A DNA stretch of 64,000 bases from an uncultured delta proteobacterium. GTDB taxonomy: Bacteria; Desulfobacterota; RBG-13-43-22. The DNA lies in the NCBI GenBank assembly GCA_963790475.1, contig CAWBOS010000010.1, positions 1,024,001-1,088,000 of the forward strand. Reading direction: 5' to 3'. Every line of letters starts with the position of its first letter. Positions within the stretch are counted from its first letter, which is position 1. The notes under the pieces are model-generated. The model saw only the letters and a list, made by a program, of their open reading frames with translations. It was not told the origin of the DNA and did not search any database. Below, piece after piece: positions 1-10,388 of this stretch. The position numbers and the translations under genes are program-made.

Positions 1-362
1 ATCGTTCGGTGGTGGTTTATAGCAATAAAGCCAAAACGGAATTACTCGATATTCCCAAGAAAGTCCTGTCCCGATATGGGGCAGTCAGTGAAAAAACAGC
101 CATTCTGATGGCCGAAGGGATTCGGAAAAGAAGCGGGACGGATTTGGGCCTGGCCGTTACCGGTATCGCCGGACCTGGAGGCGGAACTCCCGAAAAACCA
201 GTGGGAACGGTCTGGATTGCCCTGTCTTCCCCCCAGGGGAACAAGGCCGGTCATTTTCTTTTCCAAGGGCATCGAAACCAGATCAAAATCCTGACCGCTT
301 ATACAGCCTTGAATTGGGTCAGGAGTTATCTCATAGATGATACGTTCCTTTTTAGCGATTGA
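1..362 (+). CDS. cinA: CinA/PncC nicotinamide-mononucleotide deamidase C-terminal domain (5' end outside the window)
   Basis: Motifs YSNx[18 protein letters not shown] and KPVGTV; sits in the canonical cinA-thpR-recA order. Confidence 0.92.
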   Translation, partial: RSVVVYSNKAKTELLDIPKKVLSRYGAVSEKTAILMAEGIRKRSGTDLGLAVTGIAGPGGGTPEKPVGTVWIALSSPQGNKAGHFLFQGHRNQIKILTAYTALNWVRSYLIDDTFLFSD

Positions 363-945
363 GCTTTCAGAAGGGTTAAAGGAGACTGTTGCCGAATATA
401 TCCGGGAATTGGGACAGGTCCCATCAAGAATTAAGTGGGTTTCACCTCTTCAGACCCATTTGACCTTGAAGTTCTTTGGCTCCATAACCGAGGAAACCAT
501 TGAAAATATTTTCCGGACTCTTTCTCCGGTCCTATCCACTTACCCCCGGTTTTGTCTGACTTTGAAAGGGCTGGGTGCTTTTCCAAACCTGTTTAGACCT
601 CGGGTAATCTGGTTCAGTGTTGGCGGGGAGACGAAGATTCTCCAAGGGCTTCACCAAACTATTGAACAGGCCCTGATCCCCTTGGGGATTCCCAAAGAAG
701 ACCGACCTTTTCAGGGTCATTTGACCCTGGGAAGAAACAAGGAGAATCAAGTAAACGAAAAGCTATACCGTCGGTTGTCTGAATATTCGAAAGAAGAGAC
801 CGCCCTCTTTGAAGTCGAAGAAGTAACTCTATTTCGAAGTGATTTGAAACCGGCCGGACCGGTATATAGCAAGCTAAAAACCTTTCCTCTGTTTAAAGGG
901 GAAAAAGGTGTCCCGTCAACAACAGTAAAACAAAATAATTTTTAG
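337..945 (+). CDS. thpR: RNA 2',3'-cyclic phosphodiesterase (2H phosphoesterase, LigT family)
   Basis: Two HxT motifs (HLTLKF, HLTLGR), RSFLAI start and PRVIW. Confidence 0.92.
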   Translation: MIRSFLAIELSEGLKETVAEYIRELGQVPSRIKWVSPLQTHLTLKFFGSITEETIENIFRTLSPVLSTYPRFCLTLKGLGAFPNLFRPRVIWFSVGGETKILQGLHQTIEQALIPLGIPKEDRPFQGHLTLGRNKENQVNEKLYRRLSEYSKEETALFEVEEVTLFRSDLKPAGPVYSKLKTFPLFKGEKGVPSTTVKQNNF

Positions 946-954
946 GGAGGCAAT

Positions 955-1980
955 ATGAAAACTGATTTGAAACCAAGTAGTGAAAAAGGCCGGGCCATAG
1001 AAATGGCCATGAGTCAAATCGAAAAGCAGTTTGGGAAAGGCTCTATTATGCGTCTGGGGGCCGAGGCCCTGACGGCCGACATCCCCTTTATTTCCACGGG
1101 TTCCCTTTCCTTAGATATTGCCACCGGCATAGGAGGCATTCCTCGAGGCAGAATCACGGAAATTTATGGGCCGGAATCATCAGGAAAGACCACCCTGGCC
1201 CTGCACGCCATTGCCGAGGCCCAAAAAAAGGGGGGAAATGCCGCTTTTATTGATGCCGAACATGCCCTGGATATTATCTATGCCAACAAGTTGGGGGTCA
1301 ATTGTGACGACCTTCTGGTCTCCCAGCCTGACAATGGGGAGCAGGCCCTGGAGATTACCGAAATATTGGTCCGCAGCGGAGCCATGGATATCGTCGTGGT
1401 CGATTCGGTGGCCGCTTTGGTCCCCCGGGCGGAAATAGAAGGGGAAATGGGGGATGCCCACATGGGACTCCAGGCCCGGCTCATGTCCCAGGCCCTGAGA
1501 AAGCTTACCGGAACCATCAGCAAGACCCACACCTCCCTGGTCTTTATCAACCAGATCCGGATGAAAATCGGGGTCATGTTCGGTAATCCGGAGACCACTA
1601 CCGGAGGAAATGCCTTAAAGTTTTATGCCTCCCTGCGCCTGGACATACGGAAAACAGGAACCCTTAAAGATGGACAGGAGATCATCGGTACTCGAACCAA
1701 AGTCAAGGTGGTCAAAAATAAAATTGCCCCTCCTTTTAAAGAGGCCGAATTTGATATCCTTTATGGAGAAGGGATCTCCCGGGAAGGAGATATTCTGGAC
1801 CTCGGGGTGGCCCACGACATTGTTGAAAAAAGCGGCACCTGGTACTCTTTCGGAGGCAATCGGATCGGTCAGGGCCGGGATAATGCCCGAACCTATTTAA
1901 AAGAGCACCCGGAGGTCTTGACCGAGATCGAGACTAAGGTCAAACTGACATACGGACTAATAAAGGAAACCGACCAATAA
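955..1980 (+). CDS. recA: Recombinase RecA
   Basis: GPESSGKTT Walker A, DAEHALD and [10 protein letters not shown]; SD GGAGG upstream. Confidence 0.99.
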   Translation: MKTDLKPSSEKGRAIEMAMSQIEKQFGKGSIMRLGAEALTADIPFISTGSLSLDIATGIGGIPRGRITEIYGPESSGKTTLALHAIAEAQKKGGNAAFIDAEHALDIIYANKLGVNCDDLLVSQPDNGEQALEITEILVRSGAMDIVVVDSVAALVPRAEIEGEMGDAHMGLQARLMSQALRKLTGTISKTHTSLVFINQIRMKIGVMFGNPETTTGGNALKFYASLRLDIRKTGTLKDGQEIIGTRTKVKVVKNKIAPPFKEAEFDILYGEGISREGDILDLGVAHDIVEKSGTWYSFGGNRIGQGRDNARTYLKEHPEVLTEIETKVKLTYGLIKETDQ

Positions 1981-2110
1981 TATTTATTCTTGGTCCTTTT
2001 TATTTAACCAACTATCAATTAAAAATGTAACGGGTGTGTCAAGTGGTTCTAAGGTTGTCCCCTACCTCTTGTTTACTGCCTATTGCCTCTTTTTATAGAA
2101 AGGATACGCC

Positions 2111-4759
2111 TTGAAAACCGGGAAAGAAATACGCCAAGCCTTCTTGGACTACTTCAGGGATCATGACCACGAAGTTATCAAGAGCGCTTCTTTAATCCCG
2201 CGGGATGACCCCTCCTTACTTTTTACCAATGCCGGCATGGTCCCTTTCAAGCGGGTGTTTCTGGGGGAAGAGAAAAGGGATTATCTGCGGGCTGCTTCCA
2301 GTCAGAAGTGTGTTCGAGCCGGTGGAAAGCATAATGACCTGGAAAACGTGGGCCGGACCGCCCGCCATCACACCTTCTTTGAAATGCTGGGCAATTTTTC
2401 TTTTGGGGATTATTTTAAAACCGAGGCCATCCATCTGGCTTGGGACCTGTTGATCAAAGTTTACGGCCTGCCGGTCGACCGGCTCTATGCCTCGGTCTAT
2501 TATAAAGACGAAGAAGCTTACCAGATATGGCGTCGGGAGATCGGTCTCCCCCCGGAAAAGATTATCCGCCTGGGGGAAAAAGATAATTTTTGGTCCATGG
2601 GGGATACCGGTCCTTGTGGACCCTGTTCGGAGATTCTCGTCGATCAGGGACCGCAAATGGGCTGCGGCCGGCCAGAGTGTGCCCCGGGCTGTGACTGTGA
2701 TCGCTACCTTGAAATCTGGAATCTGGTTTTTATGCAGTACAATCGTGACCCAAGCGGACTCTTGACCCCTTTGCCCAAACCGAGTATTGATACCGGTATG
2801 GGACTGGAACGGGTCACAGCGGTCATCCAGGGGGTCCCCAATAATTTTCTGACCGACCTGTTTGCGGATATCATCCTGGCCCTCCAAGATATCTCCGGTA
2901 TCCCCATGGGAAAAAACGAGGGAAACGATATTGCTATCAAGGTTATCTGCGATCACAGCCGGGCTCTGACCTTTCTACTGGCTGATGGGGCCATGCCTTC
3001 TAACGAAGGACGGGGCTATGTGGTCCGGCGGATACTGCGGCGGGCGGCCCGTTTCGGCAAAGTCCTGGGCATCAATAAACCCTTTTTGTTTCGTTTGACT
3101 CAGGTCGTGGCCGAAATGATGGCCGATCAATTTCCAGAGGTCTTGGAACATAAGGCCTTCACCTCCCAGATCATTCAAAAGGAAGAAGAAAGATTTCTGG
3201 AAACGCTGGATTTCGGACTGAAGGTCCTCAACGAAAAAATAGATCGTTTAAAGCAACAAAATGAACAGGTCCTGCCCGGTTCCCTGGTCTTTAAACTATA
3301 CGACACCTATGGCTTTCCTTTGGACATTATTCAGGATGTGATCCGGGATCAAAATTTAAGTATCGATCAGAACGGTTTCCAGGTCCATATGGAGCGGCAA
3401 CGGGAGATGTCCCGGCAGGCCTGGAAGGGCAGCGGAGACCGTGAAATTCAAGAGGGATACAAGCTCTTAATGGCCAGGGATCTGAAAAGTGAATTCAAGG
3501 GTTATGATACCCTGGAAATTCAATCTCACATAATCGCCCTTGTTCAGGATGGGCAGGAGGTCCCTCAAGCGGACGCCCCTCAGGCCATTGAACTGGTGGC
3601 GGCTGAAACCCCCTTTTACGCCGAATCGGGTGGACAGACCGGAGACCAGGGGGATATTTCTTCCTTAAAGGGAACTTTTAATGTGGAAGAGACCTTCTCC
3701 CTTCCTAACGGCCTGATCATCCATCGCGGCCGGCTGCTGCAGGGATCCCTAACAATCGGGGACCAGGTCATGCTTTCCGTTTCCAAAGACCGGCGAACCC
3801 CTACGGCCCATAACCATACCGCCACCCACTTGCTCCACGGGGCCTTGCGCCGTATCCTAGGGGACCAAGTCAAACAGGCCGGATCGCTGGTGACTCCAGA
3901 GAGGTTACGTTTTGATTTCTCTCATTATTCGGCCTTGTCTCTAAAGGAACTCCAAGCCGTGGAAGACCTGGTCAATGACTTGATCAGGCAGAACTTGCCG
4001 GTTAATACCCGCGTCATGAATTATGAACAAGCCAGGGCGACCGGGGCCATCGCCCTTTTTGAAGAACGGTACGGCGATCGGGTCCGGTTGGTCCAGCTCG
4101 GAGACTTCAGTCAGGAATTATGCGGGGGGACCCACACCGCCCGAACCGGGGATTTAGGTTTATTCAAGATCCTGTCGGAAGGGAGTGTTGCCGCGGGTGT
4201 AAGACGTATTGAAGCGCTTACCGGAAGGGAAGCTCTGCAAACCGTTCATCAGGAGGAGCAATGGCTGAGGGCTATTGGAGAATTGTTAAAAGTTGAACCG
4301 GAGGACCTGCTGGCCCGCATAGAAAAAATCCTGACCCAACAAAAAGAACTGGAGCGGACCATCACCCGACTGAACAAATCCCTTCTTAGCGGCGGAGGGG
4401 TAGAAAACCTACTGGGACAGACCCGGACTATTAAAGGGATTAAAGTTCTTTCCCGCGTAGTCCCGACCGCCGAAGCAAAAGGACTTCGAGACCTGGCCGA
4501 CTCCCTGAGGGATAGGCTGCAATCAGGAATAGTCATCCTGGGTAGTGTTAATGAGGGAAAGGTCCTCCTGGTGACCGTGGTTTCCAAGGATTTGACCCCT
4601 AAATTTCAGGCCGGCAAAATCATCAAACGACTGGCAAAAGCCCTGGGAGGTGACGGCGGGGGACGTTCAGACATGGCCCAGGCCGGTGGAAACCGTCCTG
4701 ATTTATTGGCATCGACTTTGGAGCAGGCTTATGACTGGATCGAACAAGAAGATAAATAA
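2111..4759 (+). CDS. alaS: Alanine--tRNA ligase
   Basis: LLFTNAGM, HHTFFEMLGNFSFGDYFK, editing motifs HTATH and ELCGGTH, C-terminal GGG..AQAGG; TTG start. Confidence 0.99.
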   Translation: MKTGKEIRQAFLDYFRDHDHEVIKSASLIPRDDPSLLFTNAGMVPFKRVFLGEEKRDYLRAASSQKCVRAGGKHNDLENVGRTARHHTFFEMLGNFSFGDYFKTEAIHLAWDLLIKVYGLPVDRLYASVYYKDEEAYQIWRREIGLPPEKIIRLGEKDNFWSMGDTGPCGPCSEILVDQGPQMGCGRPECAPGCDCDRYLEIWNLVFMQYNRDPSGLLTPLPKPSIDTGMGLERVTAVIQGVPNNFLTDLFADIILALQDISGIPMGKNEGNDIAIKVICDHSRALTFLLADGAMPSNEGRGYVVRRILRRAARFGKVLGINKPFLFRLTQVVAEMMADQFPEVLEHKAFTSQIIQKEEERFLETLDFGLKVLNEKIDRLKQQNEQVLPGSLVFKLYDTYGFPLDIIQDVIRDQNLSIDQNGFQVHMERQREMSRQAWKGSGDREIQEGYKLLMARDLKSEFKGYDTLEIQSHIIALVQDGQEVPQADAPQAIELVAAETPFYAESGGQTGDQGDISSLKGTFNVEETFSLPNGLIIHRGRLLQGSLTIGDQVMLSVSKDRRTPTAHNHTATHLLHGALRRILGDQVKQAGSLVTPERLRFDFSHYSALSLKELQAVEDLVNDLIRQNLPVNTRVMNYEQARATGAIALFEERYGDRVRLVQLGDFSQELCGGTHTARTGDLGLFKILSEGSVAAGVRRIEALTGREALQTVHQEEQWLRAIGELLKVEPEDLLARIEKILTQQKELERTITRLNKSLLSGGGVENLLGQTRTIKGIKVLSRVVPTAEAKGLRDLADSLRDRLQSGIVILGSVNEGKVLLVTVVSKDLTPKFQAGKIIKRLAKALGGDGGGRSDMAQAGGNRPDLLASTLEQAYDWIEQEDK

Positions 4760-4834
4760 TGGAGTGATGCAATAGTTGAAGAAAAGAGTAGAGAGTTATT
4801 GGTCCAATACTCCATTATTCCAATAATCCAATTT
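4757..4834. repeat. Octamer-period intergenic repeat (TCCAATAC-like x4) with a degenerate inverted partner, between convergent genes
   Basis: tccaatac tccattat tccaataa tccaattt at 4803-4834; the partly complementary aatggagtgatg lies at about 4758. Confidence 0.55.
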
Positions 4835-4840
4835 TCATGC

Positions 4841-5965
4841 TCAGCTTTTGCTGTGCCCATTTTTCAGGTTATGATAGATGCGGTCGGAAAGATAACGAAT
4901 GGCGACACTCTTTCTCTTGCCCCAGCCCCCATCGGAAGGACGATTCTTATTTTCGATGATGATAGAAAGGGCATAATCGTTGCAGCCGTTCTGGCTTTTC
5001 TGATAGACGATACCACAATCGCCGTTTAAACCTCTAACATAGCCGGTTTTATCAGCAACCGCCACCCCATCCTCCTTGATCTGATGGGTTCTAATCCGGT
5101 CGTGAATGTTTTTTAGTAAAATATCGTTCATTTTTTGAGAGTACTGGGGACTAATCAATTTTTGTTCATAAAGCAGGCGAAAGAATTGCGTGTTATCGCT
5201 AGCTGAAGTTTGATTGGCATAGGTTTTGCCTCCCTCGGGAATAAGCTCCCGGAGACGAGTGTCCGAAAAACCCAGTTTCCCCATCAAGGCGTTGATACCG
5301 ATGATACCCTGAAGGGAATCCCCTTTCCCCAGCCGGCGTATCAGCCAATTGGTGGCCGCGTTATCACTTACGGCGATCATCCGATTTAATCGGTGTTCTA
5401 TTTCGGGAGTTTCCTGAAGTTCCTGTCGGGAAATCGCATCATAAACCGCCAGCATGACGAAATGTTTTATCAGGCTGGCCGCGTTGCGGATAACATTCCC
5501 ATTAATATCCACCAGCATTCTTTTCTCATTGAGATCATAGACCTGGATGGAAATTTGATCGGCCGGCAGAAGCTGCCCGTTATCCTTTAAATGAATAATC
5601 TCATGTTCAACAAAATCCTGTAACGAACCGCCGGTAATAATAGCCGATTGTTTGACCGGAGTCTCTGAATAATTGATTTCTTTAACATCGGTTTTGAGTG
5701 GTCTGGAGTCTGGCGAGGCCTTTTTTCTTCTCCTAGTGGCGAGGGCTTTTTTCCCCTTCTTCATACCCCCGGAATGTTTTATCTTATTTTTCTTGGTCCT
5801 CGAGCTGTTATGCTTGATTTTCTTTTTCTTGGGCTTTTGATGCACTGTCTTTTTCGTCTTTACCCGGGGGCCATCACTGTTGTCAGCGGCCCGGAGAGGT
5901 TGTCCCAAAAAAAATACCAGAGTCAAAAATAAAGAAATGATGAATTTTTTCGTAAAAAGTGTCAT
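4841..5965 (-). CDS. Secreted class A beta-lactamase-fold serine hydrolase (PBP-like) with a Lys-rich N-terminal region
   Basis: Signal peptide; SxxK (ASLIK), SDN and KTG motifs; long basic stretch before the catalytic domain. Confidence 0.85.
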   Translation of the reverse strand: MTLFTKKFIISLFLTLVFFLGQPLRAADNSDGPRVKTKKTVHQKPKKKKIKHNSSRTKKNKIKHSGGMKKGKKALATRRRKKASPDSRPLKTDVKEINYSETPVKQSAIITGGSLQDFVEHEIIHLKDNGQLLPADQISIQVYDLNEKRMLVDINGNVIRNAASLIKHFVMLAVYDAISRQELQETPEIEHRLNRMIAVSDNAATNWLIRRLGKGDSLQGIIGINALMGKLGFSDTRLRELIPEGGKTYANQTSASDNTQFFRLLYEQKLISPQYSQKMNDILLKNIHDRIRTHQIKEDGVAVADKTGYVRGLNGDCGIVYQKSQNGCNDYALSIIIENKNRPSDGGWGKRKSVAIRYLSDRIYHNLKNGHSKS

Positions 5966-5971
5966 AAATAC

Positions 5972-6001
5972 AATTTAAGAAATTTATTGTTTCCTTGTCA
6001 A
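5972..6001 (-). promoter_or_regulatory. Putative sigma70 promoter of the serine hydrolase gene
   Basis: TTGACA (6001-5996), 18-nt spacer, TAAATT (5977-5972). Confidence 0.5.
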
Positions 6002-6067
6002 GGAATAACAGCTGTCGACCTTCTAACTAATTATAATTTATTATAAATTATTTTCATTGGGTGACCT

Positions 6068-7213
6068 ATGCCATCAGGGTATTCTTCGAAAGCGGGTTCC
6101 TGGGTTGAAATTGACCTTTCCAGCCTAAGGAAAAATTATAAATTGCTCAGGGAAAAGATTAATCCTTCCACCAAAATAATGGCTGTGGTCAAAGCCGACG
6201 CTTATGGACATGGCCTGGTTCCCATTGCCAGCGAGCTGGTTCGTATCGGGACCCCGGCCCTGGGCGTCAGTTCTATTGAGGAAGGTATTCTGATCAGAAA
6301 AAATGTCAGCTCCAGCATCCCGATAGTACTTTTATTGGGCCTTCTTCCGGAAGAAACCCTGGCCTGTCTCCATTATCGTCTGACTCCGATCATCTATTCA
6401 ACGGAAACGGCCCTGAAACTCCACCAGGCCGCGAAACGCCGAAAGATCCGGATACCCGTCCATATCAAGATTGATACCGGTATGGGCCGGTTGGGGGTGC
6501 CCTGGGCTGAATTCGGGGAGTTCATAAGAAAACTGGGGGATTGGAAAGGGCTAAAAGTAACCGGTCTGACCTCTCATTTCGGCCAGGCCGACCAAAAAGA
6601 AAAATCCTATAACCAACTGCAATGGAAACGATTTTGCGAAGCCCTGGATCTGGCCCTTAAATCCGGACTGGAGTTGACCGAAAATCATATGGCCAACAGC
6701 GCCGCGCTGCTCAATTACCAGCAAACTCACCTCCACTATGTCCGTCCCGGGATACTGCTTTATGGCTGCAACCCGAGCGGATCTTCCAGCCCTCACCGAT
6801 CAATCAAGGTCCAACCGACCATGGCCTTCAAAAGCCGCATTTTGCAGGTCAAACAATTACCCGCCGGGGTCGAAATCAGCTATGGAGGTACTTATATCAC
6901 AACCCGACCCGAAACCATCGCCCTGATACCGATCGGTTATGCCAACGGATATCCCCGAGTTTTGTCCAACCGCGGGGAAGTCTTGATCAGGGGAAAACGT
7001 TTTCCCGTTATCGGGCGGGTCTGCATGAATCTGATCGTGGTCCAAGTAGAAGCCTCTCTCGGGCTTCAGACGGGCGAAAAGGTGGTTCTTATGGGTAATC
7101 AAGGCCGAGGTCTCATCACTCCTGATGAACTGGCTCAAAAGGCCGGGACCATCTCCTATGAACTATATTGCCTTTTGGGCCGGTTGAATCCTCGAATATA
7201 TTTAGACGATTGA
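6068..7213 (+). CDS. alr: Alanine racemase
   Basis: AVVKADAYGHG PLP-lysine motif, HIKIDTGMGRLG and GRVCM. Confidence 0.97.
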   Translation: MPSGYSSKAGSWVEIDLSSLRKNYKLLREKINPSTKIMAVVKADAYGHGLVPIASELVRIGTPALGVSSIEEGILIRKNVSSSIPIVLLLGLLPEETLACLHYRLTPIIYSTETALKLHQAAKRRKIRIPVHIKIDTGMGRLGVPWAEFGEFIRKLGDWKGLKVTGLTSHFGQADQKEKSYNQLQWKRFCEALDLALKSGLELTENHMANSAALLNYQQTHLHYVRPGILLYGCNPSGSSSPHRSIKVQPTMAFKSRILQVKQLPAGVEISYGGTYITTRPETIALIPIGYANGYPRVLSNRGEVLIRGKRFPVIGRVCMNLIVVQVEASLGLQTGEKVVLMGNQGRGLITPDELAQKAGTISYELYCLLGRLNPRIYLDD

Positions 7214-7442
7214 CTTGGGAGGGAAAAAAGGTTAAAATGCTCGATTAATTCAAGCCGGTTGCTGAAGAGCCACCTTCCCGCCAGTTCCAGAAAAATGAAT
7301 GAGCGGTGTTGTCCCCGCCCGGAGGGAAAATTTCTTAAAAAGTATTCTTCCCCCCTCTTCAGTGGGATCGTAATGCCCAGATATCCTTGGGATCTAAAGC
7401 TGCCGAATGAAACCGGCAAACTGATAGAGAGAAAAAGACCAA

Positions 7443-9128
7443 GTGCGTGATCAGCTTACTAAACTAATTCAAGAAGCGAGTCAGGAGATTCAAACGCCTC
7501 TTTCTGAGAACCTGACAGATATTCCCATTGTTTTCACCGTTCCCAAAAATGAAACCTATGGGGACTATGCCACTAATCTGGCCATGGCTATGGCCAAAGT
7601 GTTGAAACAGTCTCCCATGAAGATCGCCGAATCTCTGGTCAACCACATTCCGACAGGCCTGAATTGGCTGGAAAAGATCGAAGTGGTCAAACCGGGGTTT
7701 ATTAATTTTTTTTTGAAAGATGAAGCCCTTCACGACATACTCCCGATTATCATAGACCAAAACAAGGTCTTCGGACAAAACCAGTGGGGAATGGGGAAAA
7801 AGGTCCAGATAGAATTTGTCAGTGCCAATCCCACCGGCCCTTTACATATCGGGCATGGCCGGGGTGCCGCCCTGGGGGGGGTTTTGACCAATCTTTTACG
7901 GGCCACGGGACATGAGGTGTCCACTGAATATTACTTGAATGACCTCGGCACCCAAATGGAAACCTTGGGCCGTTCCATTCAGGCCCGGTTCAGGGAACTC
8001 CGAGGCGAGGATGTTCTTTTCCCGGAAAACGGCTATAAAGGGGAGTATATCAAAGAGATAGCAGCGGAGATTCTTAGGGAGAACGGCGGGCGAACTGCTG
8101 ACGAGTCCACCCTGGACCTGTCTTTTTTTTCCCGTTATGGCCGCCAGGCCATCTTAAAAGATATCCAAGAGGACCTGGAGACTTTTGGAATACGGTTCGA
8201 TAATTGGTTCAGCGAAGAAAGCCTGGTCCGTCAAGGTTTGGTGGAGGACCTGATCACGGCCATGAAAAATAGGGGGTTATTTTACCAGGCCGATGGGGCC
8301 CTTTGGTTCAAAAGCAGCGACTTCGGAGACGAGAAAGACCGGGTGGTGGTACGGGCCAACGGGGCCTTGACCTATTTTGCCTCAGACATGGCTTATCACC
8401 TTCACAAATTGAATCGGGGCTATAATCGACTGATCGATATCTGGGGCGCCGACCATCACGGTTATGTCCCGAGGTTAAAAGCCGCCTTGCAAAGCCTGGG
8501 GCATGATGCGAACGCTTTGACGGTCATCCTGTATCAACTGGTTACCTTGATCCGGGAAGGCAAGCCGGTGACCATGTCCACCCGGGCCGGTGAATTTATC
8601 ACCTTGAGAGAAGTCCTGGATGAGGTGGGCAAGGATGCCGCCCGCTATATTTTTCTGACCAGGCGGTCGGATAGCCCATTGGATTTTGATTTGGACCTGG
8701 CCAAAAAGCAGAGCAACGAAAATCCGGTCTATTATGTTCAATATGCCCATGCCCGGGTCTGCAGTATTCTGGCCGTAGCCCGGTCCCAGGGTTTTATTAT
8801 TGAGGACCTGGATACCAAAACGATCTATCGGTTGACCTTGCCTGAGGAGAGGAGCCTTTGTAAACACCTGACGGAATATCCGGAAGAGATACACCAGGCA
8901 GCTATGAGATTGGAACCTCACCGAATCCCTTTTTACCTGGGGGAACTGGCCGCCCGGTTTCACCATTATTATAATCACCACCGGATCATACAGGAGGATC
9001 GAGAGCTGAGCCAGGCCCGTTTGATCCTTTCTCAGGCCATTGGAACGGTCATCAAGAATGCCTTGTATTTGTTGGGTGTCTCCGCCCCGCAAAAAATGAT
9101 GAGGGATCATGAAACCCAAGCCATATAA
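7443..9128 (+). CDS. argS: Arginine--tRNA ligase
   Basis: EFVSANPTGPLHIGHGR (HIGH), WGADHHGY, MSTRAG and YVQYAHAR; GTG start. Confidence 0.98.
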   Translation: MRDQLTKLIQEASQEIQTPLSENLTDIPIVFTVPKNETYGDYATNLAMAMAKVLKQSPMKIAESLVNHIPTGLNWLEKIEVVKPGFINFFLKDEALHDILPIIIDQNKVFGQNQWGMGKKVQIEFVSANPTGPLHIGHGRGAALGGVLTNLLRATGHEVSTEYYLNDLGTQMETLGRSIQARFRELRGEDVLFPENGYKGEYIKEIAAEILRENGGRTADESTLDLSFFSRYGRQAILKDIQEDLETFGIRFDNWFSEESLVRQGLVEDLITAMKNRGLFYQADGALWFKSSDFGDEKDRVVVRANGALTYFASDMAYHLHKLNRGYNRLIDIWGADHHGYVPRLKAALQSLGHDANALTVILYQLVTLIREGKPVTMSTRAGEFITLREVLDEVGKDAARYIFLTRRSDSPLDFDLDLAKKQSNENPVYYVQYAHARVCSILAVARSQGFIIEDLDTKTIYRLTLPEERSLCKHLTEYPEEIHQAAMRLEPHRIPFYLGELAARFHHYYNHHRIIQEDRELSQARLILSQAIGTVIKNALYLLGVSAPQKMMRDHETQAI

Positions 9129-9885
9129 TCGAAAAAAGCGGTATTTTATAGAATTGAGCAGGTCTCAAATGTTCCTAAGTATCACCGGTGCCCTCTTCAT
9201 CCTGTGCTGGATTTTTATCCTGGGGATCTTTGTGGGCCGTGGATATGTTTCCGACACTATAACCCGGACCTTTACCGACAAAATCCAGAAGCTGCAGGAG
9301 GAGAAAAAAGTTCTGATGGATAAATATCTGGGCCAGGAAAAAAAAGCCAATATCCCTCCGGAAGAGATCCTTAATCCCTCCTTGGAGTTTTTTAACAAGC
9401 CTTCCCCAAAGGAAACCGTGGTCACCCGGCAGACTGCTCCTAAACCGACACCAAAACCCCCTACCCTGGAGGGCAAAAACAATTTATCCGGAAAACCTGA
9501 TTCGTTGGAAGCCAAAAATGAATCCAAAGCATCCCCGGTAGATACCAAAGTCTCTAAGATTCCTCCGGGAGAAACCAAGGTTACCAAGGTCCCTCCGGCA
9601 GAAACCAACATTGCCAAATCGTTCCAGAAAAACGTCACAGAATCCGCTGGATTTGTTGTTCAAATTGGATCCTACCGGGAGGAGCCCACAGCCCAATCCA
9701 GTATAAAACGATTGTCTGAAAAAGGGTATCCGGCCCAGTTAAAGATGAAGGATATCCCTGAAAGAGGAGGAAAGTGGTACCGGGTTCAAATCGGCCCTTT
9801 CAAGAACCGGCTGGAGGCTGAAAAAGCCCTGATCAGGTTGGAGCATGACGGCTTCCAGGCGGTAGTGCTGGATAAAAATTTCTAA
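9109..9885 (+). CDS. SPOR-domain membrane-anchored cell division protein (FtsN/DedD-like)
   Basis: N-terminal TM helix, Pro/Lys-rich linker, C-terminal VQIGSY...WYRVQIGPF. Confidence 0.88.
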   Translation: MKPKPYNRKKRYFIELSRSQMFLSITGALFILCWIFILGIFVGRGYVSDTITRTFTDKIQKLQEEKKVLMDKYLGQEKKANIPPEEILNPSLEFFNKPSPKETVVTRQTAPKPTPKPPTLEGKNNLSGKPDSLEAKNESKASPVDTKVSKIPPGETKVTKVPPAETNIAKSFQKNVTESAGFVVQIGSYREEPTAQSSIKRLSEKGYPAQLKMKDIPERGGKWYRVQIGPFKNRLEAEKALIRLEHDGFQAVVLDKNF

Positions 9886-9887
9886 AT

Positions 9888-10343
9888 ATGATCCGCAAAG
9901 CCACCATGGGGGACGTCAAACCGATTCAAAAATTGTTGGAGCAGTATGCCCAGAAGGGACTGCTTTTGCCCCGTTCCCTGAGTGAATTATATGGGTATCT
10001 CAGAGATTATTATGTTTTTGTTCCCGATGAAGGAGATGAAATATGCGGCGTTTGTGCTTTGCACCTGTGCTGGGAGGATCTGGCCGAAATCAAATCTCTG
10101 GCCGTGAACGAGACTTATACCCGGCGGGGGATCGGCACCCAATTGGTGGAAGCTTGTCTGTCAGAGGCTATTACCTTGGGTCTTTATAAAATATTCGCAC
10201 TGACTTACCGGGTGGATTTTTTTAGTAGATTCGGGTTTAAAGAGGTCGATAAAAGTCTCCTGCCCCATAAGATCTGGTCGGATTGTTTAAAATGTGTCAA
10301 ATTTCCGGAGTGTGACGAAATTGCCGTGCTGCTCGAAGTATAA
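9888..10343 (+). CDS. GNAT N-acetyltransferase, short ArgA-like (probable N-acetylglutamate synthase)
   Basis: IRKA..D, LAEIKSLAV, GIGTQLV and LPHKIWSDCLKC..FPECDE; lies near argJ. Confidence 0.85.
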   Translation: MIRKATMGDVKPIQKLLEQYAQKGLLLPRSLSELYGYLRDYYVFVPDEGDEICGVCALHLCWEDLAEIKSLAVNETYTRRGIGTQLVEACLSEAITLGLYKIFALTYRVDFFSRFGFKEVDKSLLPHKIWSDCLKCVKFPECDEIAVLLEV

Positions 10344-10388
10344 AAAAACCACCTATTCATCCTGTTATTTAAATTATTAAGGGAAAAT

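Noticed and set aside
7259-7450. 63-aa ORF between alr and argS, or a T-box leader
   Set aside because: No RBS or protein motif, and no T-box consensus seen
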